Source: an uncultured Chroococcidiopsis sp. (GTDB lineage: Bacteria; Cyanobacteriota; Cyanobacteriia; Cyanobacteriales; Chroococcidiopsidaceae). Taken from it: a stretch of DNA of 64,000 nucleotides. Below, piece by piece: positions 54,644 to 64,000 of this stretch. The stretch's first letter is position 1, and each line of letters starts with the position of its first letter. The position numbers and the translations under genes were made by a program. A model generated the notes under the pieces. That model saw nothing but the letters and a program-made list of their open reading frames with translations. It ran no database searches and was not told the origin of the DNA. Location: the NCBI GenBank assembly GCA_964248365.1, contig CAXTYC010000011.1:69322-133321 (forward strand), given 5' to 3'.

Positions 54644-55525
54644 ATGTTACTAACCTCTCCCTACCTACCTTTGGCAATGCAATTTACCTCGCCAGGACCA
54701 ATTCTGATTAATATTGGACCACTAACTATCCGCTGGTATGGTTTACTAATTGCGATGGCAGTGTTAATTGGAGTCAATCTTTCCCAGTACCTAGCCTCAC
54801 GCCGTCATGTTAATCCTGAGTTACTTGGCGATTTAATAATTTGGCTTGTAATTGCGGCAATCCCATCTGCTCGACTGTATTATGTTTTATTTGAGTGGTC
54901 ACAATATGCCCAAAATTGGGGCAAAATTTTTGCAATTTGGGAAGGAGGAATAGCAATTCATGGAGCGATTTTAGGCGGAATTGTGGCAGCTCTAATATTT
55001 GCCAAAATTCACAAAATTTCTTTTTGGCAACTAACAGATTTAGTGGCTCCTTCACTAATTTTAGGACAAGCGATCGGTCGGTGGGGGAATTTCTTCAACT
55101 CAGAAGCGTTTGGAAGTCCTACCAATTTACCTTGGAAGCTGTTTATTCCTTTAGAACGTCGTCCCCCAGGATACGAAAATTTTGATTATTTTCATCCCAC
55201 CTTTCTATATGAATCTCTGTGGAATTTAATGGTGTTTGGTTTATTGCTGACTTTGTTTTTTAGAGGTTTGCGAGGAAAGCCACGCCTGAAGATAGGTACA
55301 CTATTTTTAGTCTACCTGGTAGCATACAGCCTGGGGCGTTTCTGGATTGAAGGCTTACGAACTGATAGCTTGATGCTCGGACCACTACGGATGGCTCAAG
55401 TGGTAAGTTTAGTAGGGATGAGCTTGGGATTAGCTGGTTTAGCTTGGCAATACATTTACAAACGCCCCCTGCCAGATGTTGTACCGCCTGTACAGGAGGA
55501 AAGAGTAGAAGTTTCCAGACGATGA
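54644..55525 (+). CDS. lgt: Prolipoprotein diacylglyceryl transferase
   Basis: [45 protein letters not shown]. Confidence 0.96.
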   Translation: MLLTSPYLPLAMQFTSPGPILINIGPLTIRWYGLLIAMAVLIGVNLSQYLASRRHVNPELLGDLIIWLVIAAIPSARLYYVLFEWSQYAQNWGKIFAIWEGGIAIHGAILGGIVAALIFAKIHKISFWQLTDLVAPSLILGQAIGRWGNFFNSEAFGSPTNLPWKLFIPLERRPPGYENFDYFHPTFLYESLWNLMVFGLLLTLFFRGLRGKPRLKIGTLFLVYLVAYSLGRFWIEGLRTDSLMLGPLRMAQVVSLVGMSLGLAGLAWQYIYKRPLPDVVPPVQEERVEVSRR

Positions 55526-55533
55526 ACTAGGGC

Positions 55534-55561
55534 AAAAAAAGCCCTAACTAATAGGGCTTTA
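55534..55561 (+). terminator. Hairpin after lgt
   Basis: AAAGCCCTA-actaa-TAGGGCTTT with flanking A/T runs. Confidence 0.45.
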
Positions 55562-55673
55562 ATACGATGCAGCATCTACCATTAATTAACTTCACCCAGA
55601 AATTGATTTCCTACGGAAGGAAAGCGAGAAAATTTTTGACTTTTGGAAAAACAGCAAGCCATAGCGATCGCCC

Positions 55674-56474
55674 ATGTCTGAATTAACTACCGAACCCTCT
55701 TCTCCTTCTGGGATAGCACCAGCAGTATACATTGTGGGAGCAGGACCGGGCGATCCTGATTTATTAACAGTCAAAGCACAGAAACTGTTGATGCAAGCAG
55801 ATGTAATTTTATATGCCGACTCCTTAGTACCCAGACAGATTTTACAGCTATGCCGCCCAGATGCTGAAATTATCCACACTGCTAATAAAACCTTAGAAGA
55901 GATTCTGCCACTGATGGTAGAATCGGTGCGATCGCACAAGTCCGTTATTCGCCTGCAATCTGGCGATCCTAGTCTTTATAGCGCAATTCACGAACAAATG
56001 CAAGCCCTTGCCTCCGCCGATATCCCTTTTGAAGTCATCCCAGGGATCAGCGCCTTTCAAGCTGCCGCAGCTAAACTCAAAGTAGAATTAACCGTCCCTG
56101 GACTTGTTCAAACAATCATCCTGTGCCGCATCAGTGGACGCACCGCAGTACCAGCAACAGAGGAACTAGCCACACTCGCGGCACATCAAGCCAGCCTGTG
56201 CCTTTACCTAAGTGCGCGTCATATAGAAAACGCCCAAAACCAACTACTACAACACTACCCACCCGAAACACCCGTAGCAATTTGCTTTCGACTCGGTTGG
56301 CACGACGAAAAAATCTTGCTAACAACCCTTGACAAAATGGCAGAGATAAGCAGAGAAGAAAAGCTGATTCGGACAACCCTATATGTAATCAGTCCTGCAC
56401 TAAAAGAAAGTGAGGCGAGATCTCGCCTATACCATCCTGAACACAGCCATCTTTTTAGAGGGGCTAGGGGCTAG
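55674..56474 (+). CDS. cobM: Precorrin-4 C11-methyltransferase
   Basis: VGAGPGDPDLLTVK, YADSLV, RLQSGDPSLY, ELTVPGLVQTII, RSRLY...HSH.FR. Confidence 0.94.
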   Translation: MSELTTEPSSPSGIAPAVYIVGAGPGDPDLLTVKAQKLLMQADVILYADSLVPRQILQLCRPDAEIIHTANKTLEEILPLMVESVRSHKSVIRLQSGDPSLYSAIHEQMQALASADIPFEVIPGISAFQAAAAKLKVELTVPGLVQTIILCRISGRTAVPATEELATLAAHQASLCLYLSARHIENAQNQLLQHYPPETPVAICFRLGWHDEKILLTTLDKMAEISREEKLIRTTLYVISPALKESEARSRLYHPEHSHLFRGARG

Positions 56475-56653
56475 AGGAACCAGAGCGATTTTAGATTTTA
56501 GATTTTGGATTTTGGATTATTGAGTTCCGACTTCCGACTTCCCTAGTCCCTAGTCCCCAACCTCTAGCCCCTTCCTTTGCGCTCTTTGTGTCTTTGCGGT
56601 TCGTTTATGTTGATAAACTTAGCAATGTAGAAATAAACGCCGGAGAACATACC

Positions 56654-57133
56654 TTGCTAGACGAACAAGCCAAAAAAACCATGCTGCGGAAGATTCCGCA
56701 TGGACTCTATGTGTGCGGCGTTAAAGATGGAGAGGAAGTTAACGGCTTCACTGTTAGCTGGTTGATGCAAGCTTCCTTTAAGCCACCTCTAGTAGTCAAT
56801 TGTGTCAAACAAGATTCCAAATCCCATGAGATGATCAAAAACAGTGGGGTATTTGCAATTAGCTTTCTAGACGCAGATCAAAAACATATTGCCCAGAAAT
56901 TCTTTCAACCGCAGCGCCGTGTTGGTAATAAGTTCGACGATGTAGAATCTTATTTAGGTGAAACTGGGTGTCCCATCCTGAGTGACTCTCTTGGTTATAT
57001 TGAGTGTCAAGTTGTCAGTGCAGTCGAAAAAGGCGATCACACAGTCTATGTGGGAGAAGTAATTGCATCTGGCGTTCACCGCGAAGGTAATCAACTGCTA
57101 CTCGAAAGTACAGGTTGGCAGTATGGCGGTTAA
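56654..57133 (+). CDS. Flavin reductase family protein
   Basis: LRKIPHGLYV, NGFT.SW..QASF.PP, GDHTVYVGEV, GWQYGG; probable TTG start after GGAG. Confidence 0.88.
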   Translation: MLDEQAKKTMLRKIPHGLYVCGVKDGEEVNGFTVSWLMQASFKPPLVVNCVKQDSKSHEMIKNSGVFAISFLDADQKHIAQKFFQPQRRVGNKFDDVESYLGETGCPILSDSLGYIECQVVSAVEKGDHTVYVGEVIASGVHREGNQLLLESTGWQYGG

Positions 57134-57141
57134 TGATATTT

Positions 57142-57328
57142 GTAGGGGCGGGTTTTTTAAAAAAGTTTAGTGTAACCAAAGTTATATCTGATTAACCTGT
57201 CCGTAAATTGTAGGGGCGGGTTTTTCTGTAGGGGCGGATTTTTCCAGGTTGACTGTTTTCCCATCAGTATATCTATTGAACTCGCCCCTACTATGTTACC
57301 ACTGGTAAATCTAGTAAACCCGCGCGTA
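57142..57328. repeat. Cluster of GTAGGGGCGGGTTT REP-like palindromic arms
   Basis: GTAGGGGCGG(G/A)TTT at 57142, 57210 and 57228; inverted arms AACTCGCCCCTAC at 57279 and AAACCCGCGCGTA at about 57316. Confidence 0.7.
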
Positions 57329-57510
57329 GGGAGGTGCAAGTAAGCCGTCGATAAAAATAATTAATAATTAGTAATTCATAATTCATCCTTTTTTAGTTAC
57401 AAATTGCTAAATAAATTTAGCAAAAACCAAAAATACTTAGTCTTTATCTCAATAAGAGCGCATTCATGCTGGTGGTAATTATGAATTATCAATTATTAAT
57501 TATGAATTAG

Positions 57511-57715
57511 TGTCACATTTACTGGTACTTCAGAGCCAGTTTGTACTGAATCAAAAGCGTTGGCAGTATGAAGCCAGAGCAAACAAACGCTATGAGCGGT
57601 TATTTTTGTTTTGCAGATTAACCAAGTACTGGGTGTAGACAAAAATCGCGTCTACATTCAATTTAATAATGCTAAGGGTTATATGTGGCGCTGGAATGGC
57701 TCAACCTTTGGTTAA
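57511..57715 (+). pseudogene. 5'-truncated, frameshifted MIF/phenylpyruvate tautomerase family gene
   Basis: Read across frameshifts: TFTGTSEPVC / IKSVGSMKPEQTNAMSGYFC / QINQVLGVDKNRVYIQFNNAKGYMWRWNGSTFG*. No N-terminal MP start is present. Confidence 0.75.
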
Positions 57716-57785
57716 ATTAATTGGCACTCAAGTTATAATCTTTGATACTATAGGTAAGCTCACAACTGCTGTGGGCTGATTAACT

Positions 57786-57858
57786 GGGCTCTTAGTTCAG
57801 TGGATAGAACAACCGATTTCTAATCGGTAAGTCAGAGGTTCGAGTCCTCTAGGGCCCG
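57786..57858 (+). tRNA. trnR-UCU: tRNA-Arg (anticodon TCT)
   Basis: Acceptor GGGCTCT/AGGGCCC, D arm GTTC-AGTGGATA-GAAC, anticodon arm ACCGA-TTTCTAA-TCGGT, T arm AGAGG-TTCGAGT-CCTCT; no encoded CCA. Confidence 0.93.
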
Positions 57859-58115
57859 TTGTTTCGACTACGGTTGAATATTTCTCTTGATGACCGAACT
57901 AGGGGCTGGAGGCTGGGGGCTAGGGGCTGGGGGAGCTGGGGGAGAATTCCTAATCCGTCTTGAAAAGTTTGGCGCACGCCAAACCGACACCGCCACGCCA
58001 ATTGCTTCAAGTCGGGGAACCCGCGAGGGCGCACACAGCTTAACTTTTCGCAAAATCCAAAATCTATAGTCCCCAAAATTCCCTAGCCCCTAGTCCCCAG
58101 CCTCTAGCCCCTCGA

Positions 58116-59723
58116 TTACTCCCACTCAATGGTTCCTGGTGGCTTCGAGGTGATGTCGTAAACCACTCGATTCACACCCTTGACTTCATTGACAATGCGG
58201 TTAGAAATTGCTTCCAATACATCGTAAGGAACACGCGACCAATCAGCGGTCATGCCATCTTCGCTGGAAACAAAACGCAAAACAATCGGATAAGCGTAGG
58301 TGCGCTGGTCGCCCATCACGCCCACACTGCGAATCGGTAACAAAACGGCAAAGGCTTGCCAAAAATCGTTGTATATGCCGCGACGATTAATTTCTTGGCG
58401 CACAATGTAATCAGCATCGCGCAAAATATCTAACCGTTCGGAAGTGACTTCACCCAGGATACGAATTGCTAGTCCAGGTCCTGGGAATGGCTGTCGCTTG
58501 ACAATTTCTTCGGGTAAGCCTATTGCCCGTCCGAGTTTACGCACTTCATCTTTGAAGAGTTTACGCAGAGGTTCGACTAGCTTGAATCTCAAATCTTTAG
58601 GTAAGCCACCTACATTATGATGGCTTTTGATTTTCACTGCTACGCGCTCACCAGTTTTAGGATCGACATTGGTATCGGCTGATTCGATCACATCTGGGTA
58701 GAGAGTACCTTGAGCTAGGTAATCAAAAGGACCAAGGCGTTTGCTCGTTTCTTCAAATGTGCGAATGAATTCGTGTCCGATGCGGCGGCGCTTTTCTTCA
58801 GGATCGGTTACACCAGCAATTTCTGCCAAAAAGCGATCGCGGGCATTTACATATTCTACCGAAATGTGAAACTGCTCTTGAAACAGCTTGACTAACCTTT
58901 CCGGCTCGTTTTTCCGCATGAAGCCTTGATCGATAAATACACAAGTGAGTTGATCGCCGATCGCTTGATGCAATAGAAAAGCCAGGGTAGATGAATCTAC
59001 TCCACCAGAAAGCGCCAACAGCACTCGCTTATCACCTACTTTGGCGCGAATTTCTCGAATTGATTGCTCAACAAAAGCCGCCGTTGTCCAAGTTGGTTCG
59101 CAATCGCAAATATGATAGACAAAATTGCGAATCAGCGCCAAACCGCCTACTGAATGCACTACTTCGGGATGGAATTGTACACCGTATAACTTCTTTTCGT
59201 GGTGAGCGATCGCAGCTACGCGAGTATTATCTGTATGTGCCAGCACTTCAAACCCATCTGGCAATTGCTTACACGAGTCACCATGACTCATCCACATGGT
59301 TGTACCATCTTCTACATTGGTCAGCAAGTCTGTGGGGTCATCAATCAACAACGATGCCTTACCATACTCTCCTCGCTCAGCCCTTTCCACTTGCCCACCT
59401 AACTGATTTACCATCAGCTGCATTCCATAGCAAACACCCAAGACGGGGATACCCAGATCCCAGATTTGCGAGTCACATTGCGGAGCGCCATTATCATAAA
59501 CCGAACTCGGACCACCTGAGAGGATGATTCCCTTGGGATTTAGCTGCCGCAAAGCGCTGGCTGTTGTACGATAGGAAAGGACTTCCGAATAAACCTGTGT
59601 CTCACGAATTCGACGGGCAATCAATTCTGAATACTGAGAACCGAAGTCAAGAATCACAATCATTTGGCGATTGAGTTGCCCCAAAGACTCACTTTGAGGC
59701 GGTGTTTCTGTTTGTATAGTCAC
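58116..59723 (-). CDS. guaA: GMP synthase (glutamine-hydrolysing)
   Basis: [54 protein letters not shown]. Confidence 0.98.
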   Translation of the reverse strand: MTIQTETPPQSESLGQLNRQMIVILDFGSQYSELIARRIRETQVYSEVLSYRTTASALRQLNPKGIILSGGPSSVYDNGAPQCDSQIWDLGIPVLGVCYGMQLMVNQLGGQVERAERGEYGKASLLIDDPTDLLTNVEDGTTMWMSHGDSCKQLPDGFEVLAHTDNTRVAAIAHHEKKLYGVQFHPEVVHSVGGLALIRNFVYHICDCEPTWTTAAFVEQSIREIRAKVGDKRVLLALSGGVDSSTLAFLLHQAIGDQLTCVFIDQGFMRKNEPERLVKLFQEQFHISVEYVNARDRFLAEIAGVTDPEEKRRRIGHEFIRTFEETSKRLGPFDYLAQGTLYPDVIESADTNVDPKTGERVAVKIKSHHNVGGLPKDLRFKLVEPLRKLFKDEVRKLGRAIGLPEEIVKRQPFPGPGLAIRILGEVTSERLDILRDADYIVRQEINRRGIYNDFWQAFAVLLPIRSVGVMGDQRTYAYPIVLRFVSSEDGMTADWSRVPYDVLEAISNRIVNEVKGVNRVVYDITSKPPGTIEWE

Positions 59724-59859
59724 CGCTTTAATTCCTAAAGTAGAGAGTGTGGGTGTAGAGCTAAAACTTCCTTTTAAGAAGGAGGAATATAAATCCCTGT
59801 CTTGGGACGGATACTAAAAGTGTACTTATTTGTTTTTGTTAATGGTTATTCTTATTAAG

Positions 59860-60978
59860 TTAACATAACTGTTCTAGCAAAGTAGAAGCAGTTTTGCTCT
59901 TGACAATAATTTGGCGATCGCGGTCGAATAAAATCGAGCCAACACAAATCCTGCGTTCGCTGTGATTAAAAATGTACTCTTGAGAACGCTTGTCAATTTC
60001 GTCGGCGATTGCTCCATAGACTAAATTAGCCCAATCACTACTGTTATTAGCATCCAAATCCCGCAAGTATTTCAGAACAGCGTTGGCAGTTGGACTGGCA
60101 AAAACAGCCTGTAACACTGATGTGGGTAAACCAAGGTTAGCACAATGAGCCGTGAGGATTTCCAACCGAGCATCTGCAAGATAGTGGTGGGTATGAAAAA
60201 TTCCGCCAGCAAGTTTAATTAGCTTGCCATGATAGCCAAATAATAAAATTTCCTTTAAACCCTGTAATCCAGCTTCTACCAATAATGGTCCTATCCAATT
60301 GGCAGTTTTAACGATTTGTTGGGGATTGATACCCAGTTTTTGTGCCAAATCTAAACCATTCTCCCCAACACAAAACACCAAACTATCAAAATATCTTGCC
60401 TTGCTTTGTAATTGTTCACGGCAAGCATCAAGTTGCCCTGGGGCGCTTAAAGGTTGGGAAATCCCAGTCGTTCCCAATAACGATAGTCCATCGACGACAC
60501 CAAAAGCAGCATTTGAGGTGCGCTCTGCCAAGCGTCGCCCGAATGGTAGGATAATCGTTACCTGAATTTTTTCGTCAGGTTCAAGTAATCGCTCTAAGTT
60601 AGTTCTCAACAATTTTTGGGCGTAAGCATAAATAGCAGGTTGATCCCCCACATCAACCATTCTCCCAATTCCTTCCCCACCTTTAATTACAACTGCCTCT
60701 TGTGACTCCTCTGCCCATTCGACTAACGCCCAAACCGGAGTATTACGAGTTAGATCAAGGTTATCACCAGGATCGCTCAAGGCGATCGCCAAGGCACTAC
60801 CTGCTTTGATCAGTGCTGTTTGCTCAATGGCAATTTCGACTGTTGCGGCTGGTTCAATTAAATCAATTATCACCGAAGGCAGACATTGCTTTTGACGTAA
60901 CGAATGCAAGGCGGCAAGGGCTGCCCCGCAGGCAAACACTGGCAATGTATAGCCAGAACGTGGTTGAGATTTGGGCAT
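59860..60978 (-). CDS. cbiD: Cobalt-precorrin-5B C1-methyltransferase
   Basis: RSGYTLP, SDPGDNLDLT, GGEGIG, RTSN.AFG...GLSLLGTTG, GYHGKLIKLAGGIFHTH. Confidence 0.93.
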   Translation of the reverse strand: MPKSQPRSGYTLPVFACGAALAALHSLRQKQCLPSVIIDLIEPAATVEIAIEQTALIKAGSALAIALSDPGDNLDLTRNTPVWALVEWAEESQEAVVIKGGEGIGRMVDVGDQPAIYAYAQKLLRTNLERLLEPDEKIQVTIILPFGRRLAERTSNAAFGVVDGLSLLGTTGISQPLSAPGQLDACREQLQSKARYFDSLVFCVGENGLDLAQKLGINPQQIVKTANWIGPLLVEAGLQGLKEILLFGYHGKLIKLAGGIFHTHHYLADARLEILTAHCANLGLPTSVLQAVFASPTANAVLKYLRDLDANNSSDWANLVYGAIADEIDKRSQEYIFNHSERRICVGSILFDRDRQIIVKSKTASTLLEQLC

Positions 60979-61430
60979 AGCAACACTAATATCAATTATC
61001 AATTATCAATTATCAGTTATTCAGTTACCAATTATTAGTTACCAGTTATGAGTGAAGCGTGGTAAGGTTAAAGGTTTCAGGGAACTAAATTTATTTAGGT
61101 CGAAAGTAGAAAAATTTGATTCAATCTACGTAGTACAAAGAATGGGGCGCTTAAAAATATCGGCAGGTTTGAAAGCGCAACTGTTGCGCTATTTGACTGC
61201 AACAGTTAATCAATACCTGTTACCTTTCTCTGGCAATATCTCGTTTGGTAACTGGTAACTGATAACTGATAACTGATAACTGGTAACTGTTAAATCTAAG
61301 CGGTTGTGAGGTATAGTAGTCAAGCTTGAAGGTTATATAATAGTATGCCTTATTTTCTTTCCTTCCCTAGAGGAATACTTAAAAATAATATTAAACTACA
61401 ATAAATTTACTCTTAGGGAGACTTACAGTT

Positions 61431-61665
61431 ATGACTATGGCAAGTGTCTCTGAATTTTTAGCAGCTGTAAAACAAGATGAAGTCTTAAGAAAAAGACTTA
61501 AAACAGCACAAAGTGAGCAAAGCTGTATCGATCTTGCAAAAACAAAGTGGCTACTTCTTCACCGCCGAAGAATTACAGGCTACACTGGGCAAAATGTCCG
61601 ACGAGGAGGTGGCAGAAATATTCAATCCGAGTATCGCACCTCGATAGCACATCGATCCGCGCTAA
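61431..61665 (+). pseudogene. Nif11-like leader domain protein, frameshifted
   Basis: MTMASVSEFLAAVKQDEVLRKRLK...CIDLAK; after a frameshift in the A-run near 61540 the other frame gives QSGYFFTAEELQATLGKMSDEEVAEIFNPSIAPR*HIDPR*. Confidence 0.75.
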
Positions 61666-61768
61666 TTAGAGCAGGGGGAGCTTTCATAGTGTTCTAAAAA
61701 CAACTGTAAGCAACAAAGCAGCATTATTCAGTTGTATCAGCATCCATAACTCAAACGAACAAATATTT

Positions 61769-61952
61769 ATGGCATCTCTGGCTAGAAAAGTTGCAATTGT
61801 AACAAAAGCATCACGCCTCATTGGACGAGCGCTCGCCTCATTGCAGACATCCGCCTTGAAGAGACGAGCGATCGCAAGGATAAATTAGATATCCTTGCCA
61901 ATAATGCCCCAGTCGCCAGCTATAAACCGATAGCCTCGCAACCGAAGAAGAT
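61769..61952 (+). pseudogene. Degraded short-chain dehydrogenase (SDR) fragment
   Basis: MASLARKVAIVTKASRLIGRALA (decayed TGxxxGIG), then LDILANNA and YKPIA..TEED pieces in other frames. Confidence 0.65.
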
Positions 61953-62150
61953 AGTGGGTGAACAAGGGCGTTGGATTACCGAACAAAACATCGAAGCTGG
62001 CAGTGGTGTAGTGTAATACTTCGGGCTTTTTGGAGATATGCCATTCATATAAAAGAGGTCGTGGTGAACTCAAAATTTACTATACTAATTGCTGGTATCT
62101 CTGGCTCATTGGACAACCTCATTGCATCGGCAATATTAAACAAAGGTGAA

Positions 62151-62198
62151 GTCAACTACCCACCGCTAATTCGGAGTAGCGAATATAGCGGGGGCTTG
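62151..62198 (+). mobile_element. IS200/IS605-superfamily (IscB/omegaRNA-type) end hairpin, no ORF retained
   Basis: GTCAACTACCCACCGCTA...TAGCGGGGGCTTG matches the GTCAACTACCC-hairpin-GGGCTTG pattern at IscB-type element starts. Confidence 0.6.
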
Positions 62199-62267
62199 TG
62201 AAGAACTAAAAGCCAATTAGTTCCAACAGGACTAAACAAGTTGTCTAGATAAGGAATGTGGCGCAAA

Positions 62268-62528
62268 GGGCGATTCGTTCGCTGTGAAAGGGGAAACCCT
62301 ATAAAGAGCGGGGGATACGTTAGGGTAACACCCTAAAAATCTCGCGCCTGACCTGCTGATGAAGGTGAAATCCCTTCCCCTTGCTGGGTGATGTGACTCC
62401 CAATCTGTCCACACTGAGTAGACTCGGTTTCTACAGGGTGAAGCGGGAAACAAGGACGCAATCAGAGCCGAATCAGATAGGCGCAAGGCGCGTTAAAGGG
62501 GAGTTGGTATTTAAGGGTAGCAGGAGAT
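62268..62528 (+). mobile_element. 5' fragment (domain I) of a group II intron
   Basis: GGGCGATTCGTT start (variant of GTGCG), GC-rich with several GNRA-capped stems (AAGG-TGAAAT-CCCTT, GGGGAAACCC), CCTGACC, GGGTGAAGCGG; no domain V or RT ORF follows. Confidence 0.55.
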
Positions 62529-62558
62529 GCGATAACTACGCTCACGCTTCGCTAACGC
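62529..62558 (+). mobile_element. HIP1-splitting very small dispersed repeat (SDR5-like)
   Basis: GCGAT-AACTACGCTCACGCTTCGCTAA-CGC; identical copy at 62881-62910. Confidence 0.75.
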
Positions 62559-62571
62559 ATCGATAGTAGAA

Positions 62572-63170
62572 GTTTACGCAATCCGCGCCAATGCAATACT
62601 GTCTACTTTAGAAGTACAAGATACCAAGACCGAACCAATTTTATCTGAAGATTTTTTAGATGATTTGATGCGGCAGTCAATGACAATTGATCTGTCAGAC
62701 ATGATGGAAGAGTGCTTTAAACTCGATGAACTGGATGCGGAGATTCAAAAGAGTGCTAAAAGGTCAGTTGTCGCCCCAGTGGATAAGAAAAAAGCATTAG
62801 CGATCGCTAATTCAAAAATTGATGCAAAGCGGATGGTGACAGAATTAGCGGAAACAGAGCAAGTATCCCACTGGGCAGATGCGATAACTACGCTCACGCT
62901 TCGCTAACGCACATTGGATGCAACAGCGATCTGGGAGTGAGGCAGTTTCTCTACTCCATGCAACAGGCTTTAGGTCTGCCCTTGGTAGAAATTTGGTTAG
63001 GGCTGTTATTGTTCCCTGTACATCACTACGACTGGGAGAAGTGTGGGGATTTTTACAGTGATGCCCAGTCCATTCTCTTGAAGCAAAGACAGCGCCCAAA
63101 CGAGGTGTCACTAGTCATACGGGCAAGACTCCCACACATCGAGATCGGACTGGTGCCTAATCTCCCTTAA
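62572..63170 (+). pseudogene. Disrupted hypothetical gene
   Basis: Frame ...ILSEDFLDDLMRQSM...HWADAI is broken by the 22-nt insert at 62886-62907. Removing it gives ADAIAHWMQQRSGSEAVSLL; a further shift gives QQALGLPLVEIWLGLL...GDFY. Confidence 0.55.
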
Positions 63171-63572
63171 CTCTTCTTGCCAAGCAGGATAATCTGATCA
63201 AAACGGGCGCACCTACGTTAAATGAATTAGCGAAGCCTCCCAACTTCACAAAAAGTTGGAAACAGCCTAAACAATCTGTTAACTAACAACTGGGGCTTTA
63301 GTATAATTCGCTACTCAACAAGCCAATCTTATGTAACAGTTTTTCTTTAGTTACCTTTTTTTGGTACATAAGAAGCGAGGCCTCCCGTAGTGCTATGAGA
63401 ACGCTGCTCCCGCTAATTTGTTATTTTACATTATGTAACTCAATCAAACTTGCGATTGCTTCTCTCAGCTTTTCCTACCAGTTAGGGAGCGTACAAGATG
63501 TAGAAGCCGCACTAAAGATGATGATTTTCAAATATTTGTAACACAATCTAGAAAACTGCTGGGCTAATTAAT

Positions 63573-63946
63573 TTAACTTGTAATTAAATTCTCTAATTCG
63601 TTTAATAACAATTCAATCCGCGCAAGTTTCTGCGAATCTTTCCAATCTTTTACTTTTTTGATTTGTTTAGTGGTTTGTTGCATTCTTTCTAGTAAGGAAT
63701 TTGAGTTAGGCTCTGTAGCTTCAGAAAATTTTGTTTTAATCTGAGCAATTAATTTACGAGTTTCTGGTACTGTTAAATCCTGATCTAGTACTTGTTCAGT
63801 AGCTGCAATCCGTTCTTTTGTTACCTGCTGCTCAGACAAATTTAATGTTTTTGCTGAGAGAGAAGAAAGTGCTAAAGCATGTACACCCTTCAATCCCTGT
63901 TGACGAATAGCTGTTTTCAAATCTGAAGGTAGTGATAGCATTGGAA
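63573..63946 (-). CDS. 3' exon of a ParB-like partition protein gene interrupted by a group II intron
   Basis: (F)PMLSLPSDLKTAIRQQGLKGVHALAL...LTVPETRKLIAQI resembles the post-HTH region of ParB; it abuts an intron 3' end. Confidence 0.6.
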
Positions 63947-64000
63947 GTCAGAGTCGGAGGGAGAATCGCTTCTCCCACCTCTGTTTCAGAACCGGACTTG
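63947..64000 (-). mobile_element. 3' end (domain V 3' strand and domain VI) of a group II intron, continuing beyond the window
   Basis: Minus strand: CAAGTCCGGTTC (DV 3' strand) TGAAACAGAGGT GGGAGAA-GCGA-TTCTCCC TCCGACTCTG-AC, a DVI hairpin ending in AY. Confidence 0.8.

Noticed and set aside
57849..58076. Three short overlapping ORFs after the tRNA
   Set aside because: They are translations of GGGGCTA/GGGGCTG repeats and a dispersed repeat.
57786..58116. tRNA or guaA 3' end as an integration site with att duplication
   Set aside because: I found no duplicated tRNA or guaA 3' fragment and no integrase in the window.
58991..59527. 178-aa ORF antisense to guaA, and similar shadows in uvrC, cinA, cobM and the aminotransferase
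   Set aside because: Antisense or off-frame shadows of well-conserved genes with no independent coding signal.
62232..62566. ORFs 62232-62486 (-) and 62381-62566 (+)
   Set aside because: They overlap the structured intron-like RNA fragment and show no protein motifs.

Overview
Cyanobacterial chromosomal segment, judged from frequent HIP1 octamers (GCGATCGC), heptamer STRR-type tandem repeats and cyanobacteria-typical genes (vipp1/pspA pair, Tic20/ycf60, CSP41-like epimerase). Most of the window is housekeeping: sugar ABC components, gluconokinase, galE/gmd/fcl and sugar transferases, pgsA, aroQ, cinA, glyA, menD/menB, uvrC, rlmN, lgt, cobM, guaA, cbiD and tRNA-Arg(UCU). The accessory features worth attention are: (1) a putative Sec-exported polymorphic toxin with an unrecognised N-terminus, a Pro-rich linker and a nuclease-like tip, followed by three immunity-like genes, two of them bracketed by identical 23-nt GTAG palindromes (51.4-54.3 kb); (2) a cobalamin riboswitch expanded by about 250 nt of repeat DNA, controlling a CbtB-like peptide plus an unrecognised His-rich membrane protein; (3) 21-23 nt elements that split HIP1 sites, one in frame inside pspA; (4) repeat-derived peptide inserts and C-termini in housekeeping enzymes; (5) a KAP NTPase between menD and menB; (6) a decayed mobile region from 61.4 kb with Nif11 and SDR pseudogenes, an IscB/IS605-type end hairpin, a group II intron 5' fragment and a parB-like gene interrupted by a second group II intron at the window edge. 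All assignments are by eye from motifs; no database searches were run.
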